Source of the DNA: Pachysolen tannophilus NRRL Y-2460
Lineage: Eukaryota
DNA length: 64,000 nt
Assembly: GCA_001661245.1 (NCBI GenBank)
Contig: KV454012.1
Location: 1,724,418 to 1,788,417, forward strand
Direction: 5' to 3'
Shown here: one piece after another, positions 1 to 9,045 of the stretch
Layout: every line of letters begins with the position of its first letter
How positions within the stretch are numbered: position 1 is the stretch's first letter
Notes under the pieces: model-generated
What the model saw: only the letters and a program-made list of their open reading frames with translations
Told to the model about the DNA's origin: nothing
Database searches by the model: none
Translations under genes and position numbers: made by a program

Positions 1-1034
1 TTTGGTAAATTCCAGCTCAAATATAATTTACATACATCCAAATTATTTACTAGATCACAGTATTCAGTTGAATCCAGCTGTTCTGGAATAAGATTCAGCG
101 GTTGAATAAGTAGAGGAGGTTGAAGTGGAGTTTCAGATTTCTCATTATGTAGTGACAATTTATATTTCGGGTGAAGCCCAATTGGTTTTATAAATTCATT
201 CTTGTAAGAAATATCGAGCAATGTCCTGTGCCTAGGTGTAAACTGGAAGCTGGTCTTCATAGGAACAATGTCATCACTATTATCCAAGACAAACCTAACT
301 CCAGCAAGACCAGTGTTATCAACATTGGTCAATTTCTCTTCGATAGTGAAAATTCCAACCTCAGTCTTGTAATCTTGTTTTTTGGTAAAAATCAAATCTT
401 CAGAGGCCATTACGTCCAGCCAGTAAAATTGGACCATAAATTTATCAGAATTATTAATCGAATCATAGCTAATCTCTAAATATTGAAAGTCTGTAGATAT
501 ACTTTTTTCTAATATGTCTTCAATTGATTTTTTTAAACTATAAGATATTTCGTTTGTTGGTTCAAAGTACTTCAATGCGGTTGGTGTAACAATAAACTCA
601 TTGAATAAAACAGATTCATCATTAATGTCAGCGTACAACAATTTTTTAAGCTCCTGATTTATTGCAGTAATTGTTTTGTTGAAATTTGTTTCATAAACAC
701 CGGCTGAATCATCAGCAATTTGTGGGATAAAGTTGACACTTAATCCAGGAGAAGCAACATCACCAAAGATGGAAGAATCATAATCTTCAAGTTTAGAAAA
801 TTGTAGGCGAAACGAATAGCAATCCTTTAAAATCTTGAGCAAATGTGATTCATATGAAACATCTTTTAAAATTCGAGCTATTGGTATTGTGAATCTATCC
901 TGTCTCTTAAATGGTACAATTGTCGAAGGAAGAGTTATTGAGTAAGCTTTATCAATCTTAACCTTTTCATGAAACTGTAATTCGGATGACTTGGGAATTA
1001 TAATTGTTGTCCTTTGGACAATATTTGTAGACAT
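1..1034 (-). CDS. PBN1: PBN1/PIG-X, GPI mannosyltransferase I subunit (3' end runs off the window)
   Basis: Not in the ORF track; hand-translated at both ends and in part internally. ATG at 1034 gives MSTNIVQRTTIIIP; later KTEVGIFTIEE..LAGVRF..KTSFQFTPRH..KPIGLHPKY..CKLYLSWNLP, matching Pbn1 motifs (EVGVF, PIGLHPK). Confidence 0.85.
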   Translation of the reverse strand, partial: MSTNIVQRTTIIIPKSSELQFHEKVKIDKAYSITLPSTIVPFKRQDRFTIPIARILKDVSYESHLLKILKDCYSFRLQFSKLEDYDSSIFGDVASPGLSVNFIPQIADDSAGVYETNFNKTITAINQELKKLLYADINDESVLFNEFIVTPTALKYFEPTNEISYSLKKSIEDILEKSISTDFQYLEISYDSINNSDKFMVQFYWLDVMASEDLIFTKKQDYKTEVGIFTIEEKLTNVDNTGLAGVRFVLDNSDDIVPMKTSFQFTPRHRTLLDISYKNEFIKPIGLHPKYKLSLHNEKSETPLQPPLLIQPLNLIPEQLDSTEYCDLVNNLDVCKLYLSWNLP

Positions 1035-1224
1035 ATTCCTTAAATATTGACCTTGAAATCATTCACTGCTAATATCTTAACTGTTATCTTACTTTTGATT
1101 TTTTAATGCAACTTGTTGATTTTTCAGTAATTTTTTATTTTTTTATTTTTTATTTTTAACTACGCGTTAAAAAGAAGAGATTTTATAACATTATTGCTTT
1201 GAAACAAAAAGACGGTACGTTCAT

Positions 1225-1533
1225 ATGGGCCTAACTTCGTTGGAAAGCATTCACAGGAAGAGGAGAGGATCATTCTTTGAAAGAAAGAGTTTTGGTGATG
1301 ATGATAGTTGTAATTTGGAGAATTGTTTGGATGAAAAAAGAAAGCAAGATCGAACTGTTAAAACAAATCATTATATAACAATAGATTTAATGATGAATGC
1401 TTCTAGAAATGCATATAAGCTGTTAGAAGCTGGTGATGGCAATGGAGATAATCTTGAAGAGAAAGAAACGCCCCTAGAGGATACTTTCAAGCAGAAACCT
1501 TTTTGGCCAGTTATCACAAGAATACGACAATAA
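1225..1533 (+). CDS. Small uncharacterised protein (102 aa); 3' end coincides with a putative inversion breakpoint
   Basis: ATG-initiated ORF with coding-like composition, divergent from PBN1; ACGCGT at 1162-1167; no family recognised. Confidence 0.5.
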   Translation: MGLTSLESIHRKRRGSFFERKSFGDDDSCNLENCLDEKRKQDRTVKTNHYITIDLMMNASRNAYKLLEAGDGNGDNLEEKETPLEDTFKQKPFWPVITRIRQ

Positions 1534-1601
1534 AAAAGGCGGAAAACTCAGGTTTGTTGACTAAAGTTGGCGAATTTTTATTTGGTTTCAATAAAATCTG
1601 A
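1533..1601 (+). other. Orphaned Nup53-type C-terminal amphipathic helix coding segment, inverted relative to NUP53
   Basis: + strand reads KKAENSGLLTKVGEFLFGFNKI* (TGA 1599-1601), resembling the Nup53/Nup35 terminal helix (..LFGWNDL-like), which the - strand NUP53 frame lacks. Confidence 0.75.
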
Positions 1602-1699
1602 AATACTCCAAAACTAGGTTAGATCTCTTTTTTTTTTTTTTTTTTTTTTTTTGGCATTTGGACTTTTTTAACTTAATAATAATATATTTAAAATTGATT

Positions 1700-3396
1700 C
1701 TATCTATATGTATAATCCTGTTCTTCTAATTGCTTATGTTTATTTATAAATAAATCGGTACCATCTTTAATCTTTAAAGTGTTTGGTCCGATTTGCGAAT
1801 TTGTCGTCAAATCGAAAACTTCATTTTTTGCTGTATTGACTGGTGTACTAAAACTTTTATTATATTCTCGAAAGGCACCTGGGATTTCAGCTTCTTTAAT
1901 CTCAGATGGAAGTATGTTGTTAATTCTAGCATTTTCACCTTTATTACTTGGTGTACTTAGTAATAATTCAGTTTTTGTGCTGGAATTTAAAGTAGTTCCT
2001 CCAATGTCATCTTCATTTGTAATCTTTCTATTTAATAATTTCTCTAGTATTTCTTTTTGGTAGGGAATAACAGATATTATAATATCATCCTCTACAAAAT
2101 TTCCATTTTCTCTTATTGCTCTAATAGCTGAGGAAGGACTATCATATGTGATTTTAACCCAGTTTTTCCCAATGAATATAGGATATAATTTTTTGGTTTT
2201 AAAGGGGATGGAGCTGATAATGGTGTAGAATGATCCGAGTTGTTATTACTCAGTCTAGAATGTAACAGCGATTGAGGAGTTCCAGGAGGATTTCCAAATG
2301 TTGATCCGGAAGAGAATGGTGTTGGTGGAGGTAACTGATGCAACTGCGGAGTTTGTGAAATTATGTCTCCAAAATCTTCCAAGATACGTCCAAATTTGGC
2401 AAAATGTTTTAAAACAGTATGGAATGCAAAATCTGGATAACCATAAACCAATACTGCAGTTTCAATATCGTCATGATTGATAGATTTGTTCATTGATGGG
2501 GAAGCTATAGTATCAAAAAGATGTGAGTTATTAACTTCTTTAATGCGAGAGTTGAAATTTAATGAAGAAAATGCTGAAGGTGATGATGTTGTTTTAGCGG
2601 GAGTTTTAAATTTGTCTTGATCAGTAAAACGTTCTGGATAAACTACAGCATTTCTAATTATTTCATCATGCCTTTTATTGTCAATTCCAAATTGTTGTAG
2701 ATTGCCTGATGCAATTTTTTCATTAGTTAAAAGATATCTTGGACTAGAATTGAAAAAATTACTGAAATTATCTGGATGTGTATTAATTGACTCTGTTAAA
2801 GCAGCCACATTTTTCATCCTTAATTCTTCTTCTGTTAACAAATCATCATCATTATCATTATCGGAGAAATTCAAATCAAACATAGACTTTGATGGTGGTT
2901 TCTCATCATCATCAAAATTATCAGCGGTTAATAATGGATTTTCAATTATATCATAATTTCTATTACTTTTCCTAAATTTAGACAAAATATCTTTACTTTT
3001 ATTCTTATCATGCGATGAACTTGGAGATTGTGAATCATCTGAAATTGCTCCCAAATCTTTATTTTCTACTTTAGTTTCATCATCATTTTGATCTTGAAGA
3101 CTTTTCCTATTATTACCTAAAGTTCTCTCAATAACACGACCAGGTATTGTTCTTTTCTTTGGATTATTAATCCAAGATGGAAGTTGTTCTTGTTCTAAAA
3201 TTGCAAATACATTTTCACCAACATTATAATTATTTGCATTAGCATTTCCATTAGCTTTACGATTTAAAATAACAGCTGCTTTTGCTAAGTCAGAAAATCT
3301 TGACTGCTTGATTGGGGTATGCCCAGCACTCGACAAAGGAAATGACCTCTGTTGATTCACATCATTAAATATAGACGGCTGCACTTGATTAAACAT
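1700..3396 (-). CDS. NUP53: Nucleoporin Nup53/Asm4 family, with one frameshift near 2189-2203 and no terminal helix
   Basis: ATG 3396. RRM-like AVLVYGYP..LKHFAKFGRILEDF; after a -1 shift it continues LYPIFIGKNWVKITYDSPSSAIRAIRENG..VIPY..LKIKDGTDLF to TAG at 1700-1702. Confidence 0.85.
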
Positions 3397-4107
3397 TTTT
3401 TTATAATATCTAAGTCCACTGGTGAAACTGTGAAACTTCAATCAACCGATCAACCAAAATTGTAAATCTATAGAATTCAATTTAATATATATATATATTT
3501 ATATATATATATATTGATTGTATTAAGACTTTCTTTCCTTATAAAAAAAATTTCTTTGTTGATGATTTTCAAAATGGTTTCAGATTCTGTGCACGACCTT
3601 GTTTTTGTTTAATTTTCAATCACTATCTTAAACGGAAGGGAAATGATACCGGAGAATTTAGTAGATTACAGAATTTAAATCACAATGGTATAAGCTATTT
3701 TAAAACTGGATTGACAATATGATAAATCTATTAAATTCTAGATAAATCGTCAGAGCTAAATAAAAAAAAAAAAAAATTCGAAATGCAACTATTATGACAA
3801 AGAAATATTAAATTAAATTAAAAAAAAAAAAAAAAAAAATTGAATCATTATCAATAATCACTACATGTACATCAAATACTTTCAACTTTAAGAAAATAGT
3901 AATAGTAAATTGGGAAACAGAAATCAGAGTATACTGATTTTAAGTTTGTTTTTTTTTTTCGTTTTATTTTTTTTTTTTTTTGGATTTGTATTTTTTGTTT
4001 TCTTTGAAGTTTGAATTTTTCTCTTTTTTCTCTTTTTTTTTTGGGGGTACTTTTTTATTAAAATCTAATGGAAAAATAGTGGAATAGATTTGAAATCTAT
4101 TTCGGTT

Positions 4108-6507
4108 TTAAATTAGACTTGGACCATTATAGCCAGTATTTTGTTGTTGGGGGATTTGCATTGTGTTTTGGTTTTGTAAGAATGGGTTACCAGTGTTTTG
4201 TGGTCCTAAAGCCTGAGTTTGATTATTAGCAGTAAATCCTGTAGAGCTTGGACGTAAAGAAAATCCATTGTTAGTTGAAAAAGCAGTAGAAGCTGGAGGA
4301 ATCTGCAGTCCAGGATTGACATTATTATAATTAGCATATCCTGTGTAATTAGGTTGTACCGAAAAGCCTCCGTTGTTGAACATTCCAGTTGGTTGTTGTT
4401 GAAACTGTTGCTGTTGTTGCTGTTGGGCTAATTTAAGTTTTTGTTGTTCCAATTCAAATTGTGCTTTTAAATTCAGCTGCTCTTGAGCAAATTTTCTCTG
4501 AGTTTCAGGGAAAACAGGAACAGTTTGCCAATTCTCTAATCCACCAGCAGTTACCTGTGGCCTTAGAGGGTTCTGTTGTTGTTGTTGAGCAGAAGAATTT
4601 GGTTCTTCTGCCGATCTGAATGGATTTGTACCCGTATGCATAGCACTAAGCGACATCCTTTGTTCTGGCTTAGTTGTCCCAGTTTTACTGAATGTCAACG
4701 CTGTGGTACCACTTTTATCAGAAAATCTGGTATTGCTGAATGGATTGGTTGTTGGGTTACTAGGCGGACTGTGAGATGATGATGATTCTTCTTGTATATT
4801 GGCCAAAGCGAATGGATTTAATTTTGAAGAACGACGGTTCTGTTGACCCAGATGCTGCTGGAAAACAGTACCAGTGTTAGTGGTGGTTAATAGTGGTTGC
4901 TGTTGGAAAACGTTGCCGGTTGCTGTTGATGTAAGTGGTTGCTGTTGTTGGAAATTGCCTATACCACCAAAAGTCGAAACTGCTCTATTGCCTACATCAC
5001 TAGAAAATGGATTGGTATGCAGATACTGCAATGGCTGTGGCTGTGACTGTGGTTGAGCACTATAACCACCAAAACCAGTACCAGTAAATGCGGTTGTAAG
5101 CAGTGGCAGTGGCAGGGGCTGTGATTGTTGCTGCTGGAAAATATTTGTACCTGCACTGGTATGAAATGGATGTAGTGGCTGCAAGTGTTGTTGTTGTTGT
5201 TGTTGGTCCGACGCAAATCCAGTAGCAGTGAAAACTGGAGTTAGGGCAATTGGTTGCAGCAGCAGCTGCAGCTGCTGCTGCTGGGAAATTGCTGGTTGTT
5301 GAGTAAATCCACCAGTTAATGCAGGTGTCAATACGGTAGTTGGGTTCTTGGAAAGTGCATTATTTGTATACTGCTGAGAGAACTGTTGATTATTGCTATT
5401 CGTAAATGCTGGTTGTTCGGTGAAACCAACATTATTTTGTTGGACCGAGAAATCCCAAGGATTGTAAGCAGTTTGGTTTTGGTTTTGGGTGTTTTGAGTT
5501 TGAGTAGAATTTGCTTCAACTTTCTGGGGTTCTTCCAATTTCTTGGGATCCAATGACTTTTCTTCTCTTAATAAATTAGTATTGGAACCAGTTTTCTTAT
5601 TTTGATATTCTTTACCCCTTTTTTCGGCCAAATACTGAGATCTATTGAGTTCAAAACTTGGATCGTTTAAATAATCTTCCAACGAATTAGCTAAAGCAGT
5701 AGGAGCATGCTTTATAGTTGGAACATGTAATTTAGTAGCATATTCTAAATGCTTAGCTATTCTCAAATATGAAACTACATCTGCAGTTTGTTCAACAAAA
5801 TCTTTATAAATATTTAATGCTCTCTCTGCATCAACTTTACTCATTTCAAAATAATGTTCCAAAATATTAATCACCCCTTCGTTTAAACATTGGTAAAGCG
5901 ATAACAAATCATGAACCAACATTCTAAAACTTGTTAAAATGATATCGTTATTCACTTCAGCTTCAGCATATTTACAACGTAATAAAGCATCGATTTGTCT
6001 TTGAACACTTTCAACTTCTCTTAATACTCCTTTTTCAACAGTAAGACGTCTAAGTCTCCCACCGCTCTCTGGATTTGTGCTTGCTGCATTGTGGGCTCTT
6101 TCATCTCTAACATAGTCAATTTTTGTAGTTGCAAATTCTTTAGACCTTGTTATTAAATATTTGGAATAAGTTTTCAAAGTTCTAATATCACCATGATTCC
6201 CTTGACCTGCTGATCTTGAAACTGTAGTACACTCAAGCATTTTATAATGTTTCGCTAAATAAGTCAACGTTAAATCTCCTTCACCTTCCCTTATCATTAT
6301 ATGAACAACAAGTAAAGCTTTGAAAACAACCGACCATGCCGTATCCTGTAACCGAACTGATAAAGCTCTCATAATTGTTCTAAAATCTTCATCATTAATA
6401 TTTCTAGCAGAGTGCGTCACTATCAATATAGGCTCGATATATTTAGTCTTTGGTGCCGCAAGTTTAATCTTTGTAGCACCTTTGACAATCTTCTCATATG
6501 TCGTCAT
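4108..6507 (-). CDS. YAP1802: AP180/ANTH-domain clathrin adaptor (Yap1801/Yap1802 family)
   Basis: MTTYEKIVKGATKIKLAAPKTKYIEPIL ANTH N-terminus; Gln-rich tail with several NPF motifs. Confidence 0.92.
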   Translation of the reverse strand: MTTYEKIVKGATKIKLAAPKTKYIEPILIVTHSARNINDEDFRTIMRALSVRLQDTAWSVVFKALLVVHIMIREGEGDLTLTYLAKHYKMLECTTVSRSAGQGNHGDIRTLKTYSKYLITRSKEFATTKIDYVRDERAHNAASTNPESGGRLRRLTVEKGVLREVESVQRQIDALLRCKYAEAEVNNDIILTSFRMLVHDLLSLYQCLNEGVINILEHYFEMSKVDAERALNIYKDFVEQTADVVSYLRIAKHLEYATKLHVPTIKHAPTALANSLEDYLNDPSFELNRSQYLAEKRGKEYQNKKTGSNTNLLREEKSLDPKKLEEPQKVEANSTQTQNTQNQNQTAYNPWDFSVQQNNVGFTEQPAFTNSNNQQFSQQYTNNALSKNPTTVLTPALTGGFTQQPAISQQQQLQLLLQPIALTPVFTATGFASDQQQQQQHLQPLHPFHTSAGTNIFQQQQSQPLPLPLLTTAFTGTGFGGYSAQPQSQPQPLQYLHTNPFSSDVGNRAVSTFGGIGNFQQQQPLTSTATGNVFQQQPLLTTTNTGTVFQQHLGQQNRRSSKLNPFALANIQEESSSSHSPPSNPTTNPFSNTRFSDKSGTTALTFSKTGTTKPEQRMSLSAMHTGTNPFRSAEEPNSSAQQQQQNPLRPQVTAGGLENWQTVPVFPETQRKFAQEQLNLKAQFELEQQKLKLAQQQQQQQFQQQPTGMFNNGGFSVQPNYTGYANYNNVNPGLQIPPASTAFSTNNGFSLRPSSTGFTANNQTQALGPQNTGNPFLQNQNTMQIPQQQNTGYNGPSLI

Positions 6508-6713
6508 TTCCGATTATATCTTGATCTTATTATCTCAAGCAATTTCTAATAATAACAATAATAATAATAATAATAACAGTTTAATTTATTAATATTATTA
6601 TTATCGTCAACTAGCCTTTTTAATTTATTACTTTAATTTTTTTTTTTTTTCAATCACCTACTACCATCCAAGATCGATCAATACCATACATATACTATCT
6701 AATAAATTGATTG

Positions 6714-6748
<35 letters not shown>

Positions 6749-6920
6749 ATTATTATTATTATTATTAACAATTATATTAATTACTACACTATGCTATACA
6801 TATTTTCTACTTTTTTTGTATTTTGGTAAAATTTTCTATTTTTCGGAAGTAAGACAGCTATTTCCCAATTGGGAAGGTAACTTCGAGTGTAAAATGGTTT
6901 GGAAACATCAGATTTCGGGT

Positions 6921-8516
6921 TTAAATTGTTGGTGATGGTTCTTTTGCGATTCTTTTCAAGAGAGAGTCGCTCCATTTAACCAAGACTTTGAACTGGTCTA
7001 TGGATATGCCCAAGTTTGTTGTTAGGTTATTCATAAGGAAGTTTTCTAAGTTGTTTAGATCTTTTATTGATAAAGTAGTGCTACTAGAAGTATGTGTAGT
7101 GGTAAATAGTCTTTGATAATATGTTTGAGTTGAATTGCGGGTTTCAACTTTTTCATTAGTAGTGTTGATTATATTTTCATTGGTATTGGATTTTTGATCT
7201 TGTAGTTGGAAAATGTCAAATAGTCTTTTCTTAGCTAGGGATTTGTTATTATGGTTGATTTCGTCATTTTCGTTGCTCAATAAATTCATTTCACACCATT
7301 TCAAATAGTTATCTGTCTTGAAATCATTCCAGTTAAGCAAGCTGTTATAACTGGATTGTTGGTAGATCAAGCTTGATAAGAAAACATCATTATCGCCATT
7401 ATTATTGCTACTGTTGATATCGTTCTGCAAAGAGTTCATAACCCCATACCAGCTTGGCAATAGCGATGAGTTAATGGTGAAATATAATTTTGCACATGAT
7501 ACTAACAATGCAACCACTTTCAATTCAGGAATATTGACTAATGATATCTTAACCAGAAACTTGTCTTTTTTGTTATAATTGAAAAAATTGGATAAATTTA
7601 AATTTATATCTTGTAAAAAAATGGCATTATTAACCATTATAGCAATTTCCATTGGTAAAATTAATTCTTTACATATTTTAAACAATAAAGGTTGATAATT
7701 TAATTCATAATCAAAATTTATAAAATCTTTCCTGTTTTTATTAAATTTTTTCAAATTTTTTAAAACAGAATAATATAATTCACCATTCATTGGTGGTTTT
7801 AAAGGTTCAAGCCCTCTTAAATAATAATTCAGTAGTTTTTTTTTGTTTCCAGGTGGAAGTAATGATGAAGATTTTAAATATGGTAGTTTGTTCACAGAAC
7901 ACCATTTGATGAAGTCGCTAATATAAATGGGTAATTTCAATTGTGCACATGCAAAGTAACACAAGACCAATGAATCTATCAATAATGGCAATTTGCTATA
8001 ATCGTATTCTCCCTCTTGATTAGAAATTTGCACATCACTACTAATTATCTCTTCATCCTCATCTTCATCTTCATCCTGTTGATTATTATTATTATTATCA
8101 CTATGATTGTCTTTTATAATAAGGTTCTGTGATAAATATATAACCCACAATTTCTTGAGTACATTTTCAAACTCTAAAGGAAATTTTTTTTCATTAATCA
8201 ACCATTCACATTGCTTGGATAATATAATCTGGTAGTTTCTAAGAAAAAATTGCTGACCTTTAATACCAAACAATTGTTCATCTGTTTTCTTTTGTTCTAA
8301 TCTCTGAGAATGCTGAGTACCTCCAGAGTTAGACAAAGTAGGTACATTGAGCCTCCTTGTTTGCACGTAGTTCTCATCATCATCATCGTTATATTCATAA
8401 TCACCTTCTCGCACATGTCCGTATTGACATATTTTTCTGCCAGCAATTGATCTCCATAACCTTGATCTACAGTTATCTGTACCACATATTGGACCTCTTA
8501 TCCAAACACTATTCAT
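6921..8516 (-). CDS. RRN7: RNA polymerase I core factor subunit Rrn7
   Basis: N-terminal zinc ribbon IRGPICGTDNCRSRLWR..CQYGHVREG. Confidence 0.92.
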   Translation of the reverse strand: MNSVWIRGPICGTDNCRSRLWRSIAGRKICQYGHVREGDYEYNDDDDENYVQTRRLNVPTLSNSGGTQHSQRLEQKKTDEQLFGIKGQQFFLRNYQIILSKQCEWLINEKKFPLEFENVLKKLWVIYLSQNLIIKDNHSDNNNNNQQDEDEDEDEEIISSDVQISNQEGEYDYSKLPLLIDSLVLCYFACAQLKLPIYISDFIKWCSVNKLPYLKSSSLLPPGNKKKLLNYYLRGLEPLKPPMNGELYYSVLKNLKKFNKNRKDFINFDYELNYQPLLFKICKELILPMEIAIMVNNAIFLQDINLNLSNFFNYNKKDKFLVKISLVNIPELKVVALLVSCAKLYFTINSSLLPSWYGVMNSLQNDINSSNNNGDNDVFLSSLIYQQSSYNSLLNWNDFKTDNYLKWCEMNLLSNENDEINHNNKSLAKKRLFDIFQLQDQKSNTNENIINTTNEKVETRNSTQTYYQRLFTTTHTSSSTTLSIKDLNNLENFLMNNLTTNLGISIDQFKVLVKWSDSLLKRIAKEPSPTI

Positions 8517-9045
8517 TACCAGCTCTCAAAGTATTCCCAAGAATAATATCTCCACAGCAAAAACACTATATCACCAAGCTCATTTATCTCTATTTTAAGT
8601 TGATTTAGACTTTGGCCACTTATCTTGCTTCAAGAGGTTTCTTAATTATTTAATTCAAGTATAGAAATTGTGTTTTTTTCTTTTTTTTTTTTTGTTCTAT
8701 TAATTTTTTTCACGTACAAAAAAATAAATCTTGACCAAAGTAATATCTATGATCTCTCATCTCTTATATATTATATATTATATATTATATTAAATTAAAT
8801 CCTATAAGTAAGATATGTTTTAAATATTATCGATAAATCTTATATAGTCGAGGGCAATAAAAAAAAAATTATTATAATCATTTAAAAATATGTCTGTCGT
8901 GATATAAATTGTATTATATTTAACAGTAAACCAGAACCAAAACCAAAAACCAAACCAAAAACCCAGAATTGTAAGACACCTCATAAAGTTTCAATTGTAA
9001 ACGAAAGTTAATAATAGTCATTATATTAATAAAAAAAAAGCACAT

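Noticed and set aside
171..479. + strand 102-aa ORF
   Set aside because: Antisense shadow of PBN1 with a GTG start.
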